DNA of 64,000 nucleotides from Octopus vulgaris (GCA_951406725.2 OX597839.1:20460001-20524000); one strand, 5' to 3'. Shown: positions 1 through 13,668, counted from the first letter of the stretch. The notes: generated by a model from the letters alone, not told the origin. Translations and numbers: made by a program.

Positions 1-242
1 AAGCCTGTCGTATATATGTATATGTATATATGTGTGTGTGTGTCTGTGTTTGACCCCCTAGCATTGCTTGACAACCGATGCTGGTGTGTTTACGTTCCCG
101 TTACTTAGCGGTTCAGCAAAAAAAGAGACCGATAGAATAAGTACTGGGCTTACAAAGAATAAGTCCCGGGGTTGATTTGCTCGACTAAAGGCGGTGCTCC
201 AGCATGGCCGCAGTCAAATGACTGAAACAAGTAAAAGAGAGA
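1..242 (+). mobile_element. SINE family A, 3' half (cut by window start)
   Basis: Matches the 3' half of full copies at 22143-22550 and 46687-47092, ending AAGGCGGTGCTCCAGCATGGCCGCAGTCAAATGACTGAAACAAGTAAAAGAG. Confidence 0.9.
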
Positions 243-419
243 TCTAATCGTAATCCACACTATATGAAACTAATACAAACATTTTCGTAGAAAATTTAAT
301 CAAAAAATTAGCCATTTTCCTTTTTAACGTTGTGAGGAAACAAAGACGGCGGGTGCACACTTGAATCCGTATACCAACCCTATTAGCATCGATCTTAGTT
401 GTGTGATTTTGCAAGAAAT

Positions 420-693
420 ATATATGCATGTGATAGCATGGGCTTCAGAGGCCCACAGCTCTTCAATATCCCCCCGAAGAACCTGAGGGACCTGCATGGG
501 GTGGATGCAGATGTCTTTAAAATAAAACTGGATCTCTTCCTGTCAGGTGTCCCATATGAACCAACTTCACGGCAGAAGGTGCAGATGAGGGCAGCTGCAT
601 CGAACTCTCTCATGCACCAAATGGCAATTGCTAAAAAGCATTCGTGAAGTAAAATCATGTAGCAACACCGAATGGCGGTGCCTCAGCATGGCC
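420..693 (+). mobile_element. LINE 3' remnant (CR1-group ORF2 C-terminus plus short 3' UTR)
   Basis: Frame ending at 647 gives RGPQLFNIPPKNLRDLHGVDADVFKIKLDLFLSGVPYEP, the typical C-terminal pattern of CR1-group ORF2. It is followed by GGCGGTGCCTCAGCATGGCC. Confidence 0.75.
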
Positions 694-753
694 ATATATA
701 CATATCATAAAGTTCTAATGAGGCTATAACTGCTGAAATCACTCATATATGGT

Positions 754-806
<53 letters not shown>

Positions 807-1559
807 GAGGAGAGTGAAACTAGATAAAAAAAATATATGATGTTTTATTTTTATATGCGTGATACGCGAGTCTGTGGAAAAATTGTCTTGGGTGAAACCG
901 GTCTGTGATACAAAATTGGTTGGGGTCCGTTGGTTTAAACGAACATAAATATCTCTGGTTCGGTCTCCTTGCTCTAAGTCTAATGTGTCTCAACCAATTG
1001 CTTTCCCACATTATCAATATAAACAGACTTCTCTCTCTCTCTGCCTCTCAAAGCACACAGTCTATGTTTGCGTTTCTCTCGTCTCACAACTAATCGTCTG
1101 CAGATGTCGCTCTGTTTTGTCGTCTGTCCTCCTTCCAATCTCTCTTTCTTTGCATTTTCGTCTCCCCCTCTCTCTATCTTTCTTTCCCTCCCTCTGTCTT
1201 TCACCCCATCTTCCTCTCTCTATTGTAACTGCTTTCTCTCTATCGGAATAAGTACGATATACGCTTGCAATATTCTCGTTTTCTCTGTATCCACATGCAT
1301 TCACCCATATATATATATATATATATATATATGCATGTGTATGTGTATGTGAAAGAGAGAGAGAGAGAGTGACGTAACTGCATCCCGCTGTAACTGCATC
1401 CCTCTCTTTCTCTCTCGCCCTCCCCCTCTTTCTCTCTCTCTCTGCCAAATTCGTTTTATCTCTCACTCGCACGATTATTCTCTTTCTATCAACGTAGTAT
1501 TGGCGCGAAATTTTCGTACACGCTAACACATTTCTCTCATCGGGGAGTTTTGCATCGAA

Positions 1560-1590
<31 letters not shown>

Positions 1591-1668
1591 CATTTGTCTT
1601 CATGCAAAGTACTGCAGCATCAAGCATATTAGCACATCGTGCGTGTGTGCATGTATATATATATATAT

Positions 1669-2047
1669 GGAGGCGCAATGGCCCACTGGTTTGGGCAGCG
1701 GACTCGCGGTCAAAGGATCGCAGTTTCGATTCCCAGACCGAGCATTGTGAGTGCTTATTGAGCGAAATCACCTAAAGCTCCGCGAGGCTCCGGCAGCGGG
1801 TGGTAGCGAACCCTGCTGTACTCTTTCACCACAACTTTCTCTCACTCTTTCTTCCTGTTTCTGTTGTACCTGTATTTCAAAGGGCCAGCTTTGTCACATT
1901 CTGTGTCACGCTGAATCTCCTTGAGAACTATGTTAAGGGTACAGGTGTCTGTGGAGTGCTCGGCCACTTGTACGTTAATTTCACGAGCAGGCTGTTCCGT
2001 TGATCGGATCAACTACAACATTCGTCGTCGTAATCGACGGAGTGTCA

Positions 2048-2048
<1 letters not shown>
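1669..2048 (+). mobile_element. SINE family C, full length (tRNA-derived head)
   Basis: Head GGAGGCGCAATGGCCCACTGG...GTTTCGATTCCC with A/B-box spacing. Head recurs at 61608 and tail recurs at 38219. Confidence 0.8.
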
Positions 2049-2085
<37 letters not shown>

Positions 2086-2089
<4 letters not shown>

Positions 2090-2245
2090 AGAGTTTATGA
2101 AAAAAACAAAAGACGAAGACAGGTGGTGTACAAAACAAACAGATGTATTAGTATAACACTCAGGAATAGAAAAAGTCTTTTACGTTTCGAGCCTACGCTC
2201 TTCTTCAGAAAGGGACACAGAAAAAACAAGGAGAGAAAAAAATGC
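2086..2245 (-). mobile_element. Short Penelope-like terminal module next to (TA)n
   Basis: Related to 5630-5830, 7340-7470, 18025-18082 and 56960-57117; abuts a TA tract; carries a hammerhead motif. Confidence 0.6.
2177..2212 (-). ncRNA. Minimal type I hammerhead ribozyme motif
   Basis: Minus strand CTTT-CTGAAGA-A-GAGC(GTAG)GCTC-GAAA-CG-TA-AAAG: intact core, stem I CTTT/AAAG, 4-bp stem II, palindromic ACGT stem III. Confidence 0.65.
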
Positions 2246-2281
2246 TAACGATCTATCGTATGGCAACATATATACATATAT

Positions 2282-2533
2282 GGGTGCAGGAGTGGCTGTG
2301 TGGTAAGAAGCTTGCTTCCCAACAACATGGTTCGGGTTCAGACCCACTAGTAGGTACGGATAAATAAGAGCAGTGACCTCGTTCGGCTTCACTCTGCCAA
2401 ATCCACTAACAGGGCTTTGGTTGATGCGAGGCCATATTATAAAAACACTTGCCCAAAATACCACGCAGTGGGACTGAACCCTGAACCATGTGGTTGGGAA
2501 GCGAACTTCTTACCACACGGCCACGCATCGCAC
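2282..2533. mobile_element. Two facing SINE-A head fragments (+ 2282-2348, - 2387-2533)
   Basis: GGAGTGGCTGTGTGGTAAG...GGTTCAG on plus and its reverse complement on minus. Confidence 0.75.
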
Positions 2534-2762
2534 ATTGATGTATTTCATAAACCATTTTACCACCTGCTTTTGGGAAATATGGAAAATGCACTGATATGTA
2601 TGTAATGGATATACGCGTACATATCATATGTGTGTGCCTGTTGTAGTGGATATTTTTTTAATAGAACATATGGTTAAATATTTATACTCCATAACATATA
2701 TGTCAACTTGCTTTCCTGTGTACTGTTATGTATCAGAATGTATGTGTGCTTGTGTGTGTATG

Positions 2763-2799
<37 letters not shown>

Positions 2800-2848
2800 C
2801 ATAAAGTTCTGATGAGGCTATAACTGCTGAAATCACACATATATATGG

Positions 2849-3330
2849 TGGATGAGCTGGTAGAAACGTTAGCACGCCGGGCGAAATTCATAGCAGTATT
2901 TCGTCTGTCGTTACGTTCCGAGTTCAAATTCCGCCGAGGTCGACTTTGCCTTTCATCCTTTCGGGGTCGATAAATTAATTACTAGTTACGCACTGGGGTC
3001 GATGTAATCGACTTAATCCCTTTGTCTGACCTTGTTTGTCCCCTCTATGTTTAGCCCCTTGTGGGTAGTAAAGAAATATATATATATATATGTGTGTGTG
3101 TGTAGTTTTAGGCGACGAACTGGCTGAATCAGTAGCACGCCGGGCAAAATTCTTTACATCATTTCGTCAACCTTTACGTTCTCAGTTCAAATTCCGCCCA
3201 AGTTGACTTCTATCCTCTCGGTGGGGGGGGGGGGGGCGATGAAATAAGTACGATTTGAACACTTAGGGCGATGTAATGGATTATTCCTCACTCCCGAAAT
3301 TGTTGGCCTTGCGCCAAAACTTGAAACCAG
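2849..3330 (+). mobile_element. Two SINE family B copies (2849-3078 with tail i; older 3110-3330 with tail ii)
   Basis: GAGCTGG..AGCACGCCGGGCGAAAT...GAGTTCAAATTCCGCCGAGGTCGACTTTGCCTTTCATCC body shared with many copies in the window. Confidence 0.85.
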
Positions 3331-3493
3331 TGCATGCATATACAGCTGCGTGCGTGCACACATACACGCGAGTACTGTCCAAACCTCCAACCAATCACAT
3401 ACAGCTAACTGGCATTCAATTGGCGTATGAAGTTTCGGGCATTTTGATTGGGTTTAGGAAAGAAAATTCACAAAAAAGTCACTTCTATTGATT

Positions 3494-3652
3494 TTTTAAT
3501 GACTTTGCGGGGAGAGTGGAGGAAATGTAAAGATGTGCACGACCACCCTTGGACGGTTTTGAATGACCATAGAAAGTGCGAGCCCTCTAACTGAAAAACT
3601 GGGGATTTGTATAAAGGATACACACACACACACATTTTGCCGTATATATATA
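3494..3652 (-). mobile_element. Possible 5' fragment of a non-autonomous Helitron-type element
   Basis: Minus strand starts TATATATACGGCAAAATGTGTGTGTGT..., resembling the layout of the Helitron at 31170-31672; no 3' CTAG/hairpin seen. Confidence 0.35.
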
Positions 3653-3675
3653 TACGGATATATATATATATATAT

Positions 3676-3973
3676 AACGTAAGGTGTACTAGCCATCTGA
3701 AGACCGGTGCTTACCATGCGTTGACGAGAGGCAATTACCTTGAAACTATAGTCCATATGTAGTACTTAGGTCTTCGAGGGAGGATGACCTCCCTTTGCAA
3801 ATAACACAAGGGCACTGAGATAGTGTCTAAAGTCCATCTGGTGACGTTGATCGCCTGGGGCTAAAAGCATCAGTAACACCCCACCCCCAGTGGCTAGCCA
3901 CATTCAGATGGCTAGTACACCTTACGTTGTCGAGCGGTTACTGTTTATATCTCGTTCAGAGATTTATTATTGC
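3676..3973 (+). mobile_element. TA-flanked module with perfect 26-bp inverted repeat and hammerhead motif
   Basis: AACGTAAGGTGTACTAGCCATCTGAA (3676-3701) and its exact reverse complement (3903-3928); no TSD; TA tracts on both sides. Confidence 0.55.
3715..3759 (+). ncRNA. Minimal hammerhead motif (C3 to U variant)
   Basis: CATGCG-TTGACGA-GAGG(CAATTA)CCTT-GAAA-CTATAG-TC-CATATG; palindromic stem III ACTATAGT; stem I 5 of 6 paired. Confidence 0.5.
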
Positions 3974-4421
3974 TATATATATATAATTTATGAAGAATAG
4001 ATATTTTGAATCTGGAATAAAGCAGCGTTGGTCCATATATCCTGGATGAGCCTTTACTCCAATTGAACCAACAGGATGCAATCAAATGCTACGTCTTAAG
4101 ACACCTATATAACAAAAACACGTGTCGGACTGAAATTTAACGTGTATGTATTGTGTATAATACTGTAATAATTAAGTTTTGAGGATGTGTAATTCAGAGT
4201 TCTGGGGCAGTATAGTTCAAGATTACCCCGAGTTGAATATAATGTGAAGAACTACAGCCCTCGAAACGATAAACTCAAAAAACGACATCATAATGTTTGA
4301 GAGTGTCAAATATATTGGCTCAGTTTATCGAAGAAAGCCATCTGCATACATTAACTTAGGGAGAAAAAATGTATATGGAATTTTATCTTGGCCGTGTACA
4401 TGAACTTATACATGCATGTAA

Positions 4422-4457
<36 letters not shown>

Positions 4458-4597
4458 GGTTAAGTAATTGAGATTCAAGTGAATTCTAAAGAATTCACAT
4501 GAATATGGTCCTTAACTAGGATGCACCGGAAATCTATATGGTGTTAACCATACGACAAGTGGGGTGATTACAAATAGGAAAAAAGCAACAAGAATGG

Positions 4598-4688
4598 ATT
4601 AAAATCTCGTACGATCGTTTCGTACGAGGACATCTTTTTGTAGCTTATTAAAGATGTCCTCGTACGAAACGATCGTACCGAGATTTTA

Positions 4689-4690
<2 letters not shown>
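4598..4690. repeat. Near-perfect palindrome, about 40-bp arms, 12-nt spacer
   Basis: ATTAAAATCTCGTACGATCGTTTCGTACGAGGACATCTTT and its reverse complement with one extra C; ends a TA-flanked module (4455-4690). Confidence 0.9.
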
Positions 4691-4754
<64 letters not shown>

Positions 4755-4862
4755 GTTCTCTCTCTCAATGCATATGTATGTGTGTGTGGCAAGTATATGT
4801 TCGTATGTCTGAGCGCGTATAAATGCGAATATATATATGTTTGTGTGTGTAAAATATAGGAG

Positions 4863-4894
<32 letters not shown>

Positions 4895-4902
4895 ACTGTA
4901 TG

Positions 4903-4936
<34 letters not shown>

Positions 4937-4944
4937 ACTGTATG

Positions 4945-4977
<33 letters not shown>

Positions 4978-5629
4978 GTGTTTATATATATATGTACGTG
5001 TATTTGTGTGTGTATATATGTACGTACATATGTATATTTATGTATGTACATATACATATGTGTCTATATATAAAATAAAAGTGTGTGTGTGTCTCAAAAC
5101 ATGCTTATATGCATGTCAAACGATATATATCGAACCATGCTAATATATATCGACCAATGATAATTGCCTACGTTTGATCAAATAAAACTAAAACACATCG
5201 TTATTAGCGCTAACATCTGATATCTTAGATCTGCCTGTATCCATTACAGAAAGACTGGATTCTGATCTATTACACATACTATCATATCTACAGTATTAAA
5301 AAGAAGCACCTCTCCACACCGCTAGCGTATTTTATTAAATTCTTTTACCCAAATGTCGACGGATTCTGTTAGAATGATGTATCTCTCCAAATGATTAGAG
5401 TGTGTTAAAGCGGATTTTTCTTTTTTGTTATGCAATCTCTGATGATTCGATGATGTAATCTGATGATAGAGTAACACCTTGCATACCAAACGTTTTCGTT
5501 AATGAAATACGTGTAAGAGTAAATTAGATACAAGTAAAAAGTTGTCTCCAAATGGAAGTGTGTGTCAGTGTGAATGTGTTTGTGCATGTCTGTATGCTGT
5601 GTATATATGTGTGTGTATGTATATGTGTA

Positions 5630-5830
5630 TAAGGTTAATCCAAACGGGAAAACAGAAAAAACAACAACACGTGGAACAATTACAGTATTATTATTATTAG
5701 GCGCTCAGGAAAATGGAAGAAGGAAGGTATGACGTTTCGAGCGGAGCTCTTCGTCGGAAACATAAGAGAAGGGAAAAAGAAGAAAGATCCGATGTGGGCG
5801 AAAGAGGGGAAAAAAACGCGACTAGTGTTT
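5630..5830 (-). mobile_element. Short Penelope-like module with degenerate hammerhead (5727-5761)
   Basis: Minus strand GTTT-CCGACGA-A-GAGC(TCC)GCTC-GAAA-CG-TC-ATAC; same family as 56960-57117. Confidence 0.55.
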
Positions 5831-6534
5831 ACGAAGTACACATGCTGAAATGACCGGAAGTTTTGGAAACCAAGGCCAAAGTAGGTTTTTAAAGCCAAAA
5901 GAGTGGAGACAGGAAGGTTGGTAACAAAAAATGATGTGTATGTATGTGTGAGTGTGTGCATGTGTGTGTGAGGCGAGATAAAAAAAACAAAAAATATATG
6001 TATATGTTAGTGCGTGCGTCTGTATGTAAGTGTGTAAGGTAGGGCGAACAGTAGTTGACATAGCAAGTCTCAAGTGAGTGGTCAGTAGTAAAAAAAGGAG
6101 GAAGAAGGGAAGGAGGGAAAGGGTGGGGGCGTATGTAACGTGCCAGTGTGTGTGTTGAGTGGTAGTGTGTGTGTGTCCAGTGTGCGTAGTTGTATGTATA
6201 TATAGGTTCGTTTACTTAACTTTTCGTATTATTTAGTATAAATCTAGTTTGGATATGTCACAGAGTATATGCATAAAACTAAACAAAACATTGTTTATAA
6301 GATATTCAGTTACGCCATCTTAGATCGTGTAACTAAATATCTTTGAGACAATCTCTCATGCTTTCTTCTGTGTGTATATACATACAGACACTAACATACA
6401 CACACATATATATATGTACACATTTACATATATTTACATATACATGTATATATACATACACATGTATATATACATATATGTATACTTACATATATGCATA
6501 TATATGTATATATATACTTACACACATATATATA

Positions 6535-6577
<43 letters not shown>

Positions 6578-6728
6578 TTATGTACATATACATATATATA
6601 TATATATATATATACTTATGTACATATATATATATATATATATATATACTTATGTACATATACATATATATATATATATATACTTATGTACATATACATA
6701 TATATATATATATATACTTATATACATA

Positions 6729-6761
<33 letters not shown>

Positions 6762-6819
6762 GTATATTATATATTATACACATATATGTATATTATATAT
6801 ATAAACGCACGCATATATA

Positions 6820-6858
<39 letters not shown>

Positions 6859-7019
6859 TCTCGAAGAGAGTGTGGTTTTCAACCTAGATCGTTTCAAGAG
6901 AATCGTGTGCGTGTGCATATTTTCTCGTGTGTGTGGGGGGGAGTTTGGGAACCACAGATATACATATATGTCAATTGGTGATGGGATACAAAGACTCACA
7001 CACACACATGCACATATGT

Positions 7020-7193
7020 ATACAAAGGGCTTCTTTTCAGTTTCCGTCAACCAAACTGACTCCAAAAGTTTTGGTTGGCCCGAGGCTATTGAATAAGACA
7101 CTTAACCGAGGTGCCACGCAGTGGGACTGAACCCGGAAACTCAGATCCATAGAGGTGGGAAGCAAACTTCTTACCAAACTCCCACGCTTGCAC
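7020..7193 (-). mobile_element. SINE-A 5' half, degenerate
   Basis: GGGCTTCTTTTCAGTTTCCGTC...GTGCCACGCAGTGGGACTGAACCCGG. Confidence 0.75.
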
Positions 7194-7339
7194 TTATATA
7201 TAATACATTTTTATATATGCATAAATATCTGTCTGTGTGTCTATAGTCCTTTCATCATGTTGGACCGTTAATCCCTACACCCTTTTCTTATTTCCCCATT
7301 TTGATTTTCGTTCAACTCCATTTTCTTCATCTCATTCGT

Positions 7340-7470
7340 TCCCGTCGATGAGAGAGAGAGCGTAGGCTCGAAACGTCAAAAACATTTCCATTCTTCCCGA
7401 GCGTCAAATTTATAATCTGCTTGTTGTTCCCTCACCTGCCTTCGTCTTTTGCTTTCTGTACATTTGAACT
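7340..7470 (+). mobile_element. Short Penelope-like module, hammerhead core disrupted by GA expansion
   Basis: TCGATGA-(GA)n-GAGCGTAGGCTC-GAAA-CGTC; same stem II as 2177-2212; downstream sequence matches 2086-2170 reversed. Confidence 0.5.
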
Positions 7471-7582
7471 ATATATGTGTATGTTTGTATGTATGTATAT
7501 ATGTTTGTCTGAATGTATGTATATTTATGTATATATATATGTATGTGTATGTATATATATATATGTATGTATGTATGTGTAT

Positions 7583-7929
7583 GTTAGTTAGTTAGTTAGT
7601 TAGTTAATTTGGCTCAAAAGCAAATAGCAAGGCCATGTAGGGGGACATGGAGTTAAGTACAGGGTGGTGTTCATGTAAAGAGTTCAGGCCACTTGAGGTC
7701 AAGAGAGGCTTTGAACAAAGCGGTCGTCGGCATCTTCACCATCTCGTCTGGCAGCTTGTTCCACGGATCCGCAACCCGGACGGAGAAAGCTCCTCTCCTT
7801 CGATTGAGATGAAATCGTCGCAGGTAGAGCTTTTCGGAATGACCCCGCAGCCGACGCTCTGGAGCAGGAGTGAAGAACAGCTCTTTCGAGAGGTTACACT
7901 TTCCGCTTATGATGTTGTGGGCGAGAATG

Positions 7930-7931
<2 letters not shown>
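7583..7931 (-). mobile_element. CR1-clade LINE, 5'-truncated (ORF2 C-terminus 7671-7931, 3' UTR, (TAAC)n tail)
   Basis: Open minus frame [86 protein letters not shown], with the CR1 RGH..KL / FS.RV..WN.LP / FK..LD motifs. Confidence 0.9.
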
Positions 7932-7964
<33 letters not shown>

Positions 7965-8239
7965 TGTATGTATGTATATATATATATATATATGTATGTA
8001 TAAATGTGTTTGTATGCATATATATATATATGTATATGTATATGTATATATATGTATATATGTATGTATATGTATATATATGTATATATATATTTATGTA
8101 TGCATGTATATACACATACTAGTTTCATGCATATATGGTCATAGAGTGAATTTCCTTTTAATACCTAACTCTATGCAATGTAGAATACATACATGCACGC
8201 ATACAGTCGCAAATACACTCAACCATGCACACTCAAATA

Positions 8240-9412
<1,173 letters not shown>

Positions 9413-9829
9413 GCACGCACGTTCCAGTGTGCATGCGTGCATTTTTAATACCTGTAATTTAACGTCTGCCTCCTTTATATGTTCCTTGTTCAAATGCAGG
9501 TATTTAAATATCCATCAAATATTTCTGTGTGACTTTAAGTGTTTTTATTTTATAACTCTGCAACGTCTCTCGTGCGTGCGTACGTGCATGTTTATGCGTG
9601 TGTGTATAACTGTGTGCGCGACTGTGTGCGTGTTTTGTAGTTTTGTGTGGTTATTTGAATCTAATGTATGTATGTGTGTGTGTGTGTGTATAAATGAGTA
9701 CGCATGAGCAAATAGCATTTGTATGTGTTAAGTTTCGTTGCCACTCCAGTGTGTTTCTGCGTGTACTTATATGTTTGTGTGTATATGCGTATATGTACAT
9801 TCGTATATGCATGTATGTATACATGTATG

Positions 9830-9872
<43 letters not shown>

Positions 9873-10334
9873 GTATTTTTATATGAACATAGGTATGTTT
9901 GTATGTATGTTATGCACTAGTGTCTTCGTCATTTATTCTGCGGCGGTGTGTAAAGGATGAAAGAAAAAGTCAACTTCATTGGAATCTCTACCATTACCGG
10001 GAAATTTCCCCTCATTAGCTGCCTATCAGTTATCATGGTGATTACGGCATCCATGACAGGACTACCACTTCTGTTAATGTCGAACAGTCTTTGAAAAAAT
10101 AATCAAACGGTGTTAGGAATATACGTAGTCCAAGCTTGAAAATAAACAACCAAAAATAAGTACAAAATGATCATTTTTCGAATTCAATATGTTATATATT
10201 TCTAAGTTTGGTATATGGGCTGCGACTTTAGGGGTTGGAGGACGTCGGTTATATATATTGACCTCCCGGGTTAGTACCTCTTTTTGTCGATTTCGAAAGG
10301 ATGAAATACATTGTATATCCATGAGCATGATATA

Positions 10335-10923
10335 AAGGTAGGGAGCTGGCAGAAACGTTAGCACGCCGGGCGAAATGCTTAGCAGTATTTCGTCTGCCGT
10401 TACGTTCTGAGTCTAAATTTCGCCGAGGTCGACTTTGCCTTTCATCGTTTCGGGGTCGATAAATTAAGTACCATTTACGCACTGGGGTCGATTTATTCGA
10501 CTTAATACCTTTGTCTGTCCTTGTTTGTCCCTTCTGTGTTTAGCCCCTTGTGGGTAATAAAGAAATAGGTATTTCGTCTGCCGTTACGTTCTGAGTTCAA
10601 ATTCCGCCGAGGTCGACTTTGCCTTTCATCGTTTCGGGGTCGATAAATTAAGTACCATTTACGCACTGGTGTCGATTTTAATCGACTTAATACCTTTGTC
10701 TGTCCTTGTTTGTCCCTTCTGTGTTTAGCCCCTTGTGGGTAGTAAAGAAATAGGTATTTCGCCTGTCTCTGCGTTCTGATTCGAAATTCTGCCGAGGTCA
10801 CTTTTGCTTTTCATCCTTTCGAGGTCGATATATTAAGTACCAGAGAAACACTGGGGTCGATGTAAGCGACTGTCCCCCTCCCAAATTCCAGGCGTTGTGC
10901 CTATAGTAGACAGCATTATTAAA
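10335..10923 (+). mobile_element. SINE-B trimer (tail i, tail i, tail ii) with TSD CATGATATA
   Basis: Units repeat at 184-185 bp (GTATTTCG at 10385, 10569, 10754); CATGATATA at 10326-10334 and 10924-10932. Confidence 0.88.
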
Positions 10924-11050
10924 CATGATATATATAGGAATATCTTATGTGCGAGTCACAAATCATACATTCCTACCTATACGCGAAAACTAAAACTTAG
11001 TGATTAAAGTTGATAGTATTATAATTAATCACAATAAAAACATTTCTAGT

Positions 11051-11468
11051 AGGCGCAGGAGTGGCTGTGTGGTAAGTAGCTTGCTTACCAACCACATGGT
11101 TCCGGGTTCAGTCCCACTGCGTGGCATATTGGGCAAGTGTCTTCTACTATAGCCTCGGGCCGACCAAAGCCTTGTGAGTGGATTTGATAGACGGAAACTG
11201 AAAGAAGCCCGTCGTATATGTGTATATAGATATATGTATGTATGTGTATATATGTTGTGTATCTGTGTTTGTGTGTCCCCCCCTCAACATCGCTTGACAA
11301 CCGATGATGGTGTGTTTACGTCCCCGTACCTTAGCGGTTCGGCAAAAGACACCGATAGGATAAGTACTAGGCTTACAAAGAATAAGTCCTGGGGTCGATT
11401 TGGTTCGACTGAAGGCGGTGCACCAGTATGGCCGCAGTGAAATGACTGAAACAAGTAAAAGAGTAAAA
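11051..11468 (+). mobile_element. SINE-A full length
   Basis: tRNA-like head GGCGCAGGAGTGGCTGTGTGGTAAG..GGTTCAGTCCC, CORE-like TTGGGCAAGTGTCTT, central TA/TG tract, conserved tail. Confidence 0.92.
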
Positions 11469-11904
11469 GTGTGTGTGTGTGTGTGTGTGTGCTAATATAT
11501 GCGTGTGTGTAAATACACACACATATTTATACATAGACACACAGACAGACATAACGTGTTCATAGCTACACATCCGTTTTTGCATGTTAATTGATAAACT
11601 GAGACGCGCTTTGGTATTATACGAATGTGAGAGATAGACGAGGAGAAAGAGTAAGACACAGTAAGAGAGAAGGAGAGAGAGAGAGACTCTTTATGCATAT
11701 ATGAGAGAGAGAGTTAGAGAGAGAGAGACTCTTTATGTATATATGAGAGAGAGAGAGAGAGATCGGAGGGAAGGGGAGTGTAATACGTGTGTTTGTGTAT
11801 ATGTTTAACAGTATATTTCAGGCTTGGCTTGGTTTGGCTTCTGCAGCGTCAATGGCGGTGGAAGATCACACGGAGAATCGGCCATGAAAGAGCGAGGCCT
11901 ACCT

Positions 11905-11996
<92 letters not shown>

Positions 11997-12075
11997 GCGG
12001 CTCAGCGTGTGTGTGTGTGTGTGTGTGTGTGATTATTCGTACATATTTATATTGCTTCTCTGTGTGTGGTGGGTG

Positions 12076-12111
<36 letters not shown>

Positions 12112-12247
12112 TGTATGTATGTATGTATGTATGTATGTATGTATGTATGTATGTATGTATGTATGTATGTATGTATGTATGCATGCATGCATACATGTAT
12201 GTATGTATGTATGTATGCATGTATGTATTTATATATATGTAGGTATA

Positions 12248-12280
<33 letters not shown>

Positions 12281-12397
12281 ATGTATTTATATATATGTAT
12301 ATATATGTATGTATGTATGTATATATATATATATATATATATGTATATGTATTTATATATGTATGTATATATATATATATATATATGTATATGTATT

Positions 12398-12432
<35 letters not shown>

Positions 12433-12699
12433 TTATATGTATATATATACACACCTGTATTTGTGTATGTATTTGTATATCATCAGCGTTGCCATCATCA
12501 TCATCATCGTTGTCAATAAACACGTCATCCACACGAGACACGAAGAAAGCCGGTATGTCGTGAGCGGCCGGTCTGCTAGACATAGCAACCAAACTCCCTT
12601 TATATCATATTTTATTTACCATTGTCTTAACCCCCCCACACACACACAGCAAAAACTGACCCAATAGCTACAGAATGTAGACCTCTGAATCTTTCTTAT

Positions 12700-13100
12700 T
12701 TTCTTTAAGCCACGATTGCTTTGGCCATGCTGGAGCACCGCATTTCGGTGTTGAAGTATAATAAGGTGGAATAGTCACTATTGGAGAGGCTTTTGATCGG
12801 TCTGAATCGATATATCAGCGCATCATTATTATCATAGTTTGTCCTCGTCTCATTATGATCATTATTAACCAACGAAGACTGTGTGGTCGCAGTGTATGCT
12901 GGAAATAAGAGCCAACTGCCCCTCATATCAGACCAACCTCTATCTTGCGGACTGTCTTGAAAATTAATAAAACGAAGAAAGGTACATGGTGTATCATGTA
13001 TTCCTACGTAGACTATGCCTAATAACAAACAACAGCAAAAAAAAAAAAGGCAAAACACACGTAAATACAACATCGTTTCATCTGGAACATCTTTAATCAT
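12700..13100 (-). mobile_element. Older interspersed repeat (family D) with the SINE-A/LINE tail motif
   Basis: GGCCATGCTGGAGCACCGC at 12723-12741; the internal part recurs inverted at 14120-14278. Confidence 0.55.
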
Positions 13101-13132
13101 ACATCTTGTGTGTGAGGGTTGACTTGCAGCGA

Positions 13133-13159
13133 AATAACAACAACAACAACAACAACAAC

Positions 13160-13190
<31 letters not shown>

Positions 13191-13384
13191 GTAATAATAA
13201 TAATAATAATAATAACAATAATAATAGTAATAATAATAATAGTAATAATAATAGTAGTAATAATAATAATAATAATAGTAATAGTAATAATAATAATAAT
13301 AGTAATAATAATAGTAGTAATAATAATAATAATAATAATAATAGTAATAATAATAATAATAATAATAATAGTAATAAGAATAAC

Positions 13385-13424
<40 letters not shown>

Positions 13425-13454
13425 GTAATAATAATAATAATAATAGTAATAATA

Positions 13455-13490
<36 letters not shown>

Positions 13491-13637
13491 GTAATAATAA
13501 TAGTAATAAGAATAATAATAATAATAATAATAATAGTAATAAGAATAATAATAATAGTAATAATAATAGTAATAAGAATAATAATAATAGTAATAATAAT
13601 AATAATAGTAATAATAATAATAATAATAGTAATAATA

Positions 13638-13668
<31 letters not shown>

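Noticed and set aside
870-905. Extra hammerhead candidates (GAAACCGGTC here; also near 4245, 49185 and 50135)
   Set aside because: Core or stems too degenerate to support a call.
1669-1740. tRNA genes at SINE heads
   Set aside because: Incomplete cloverleaf, and they continue directly into SINE bodies.
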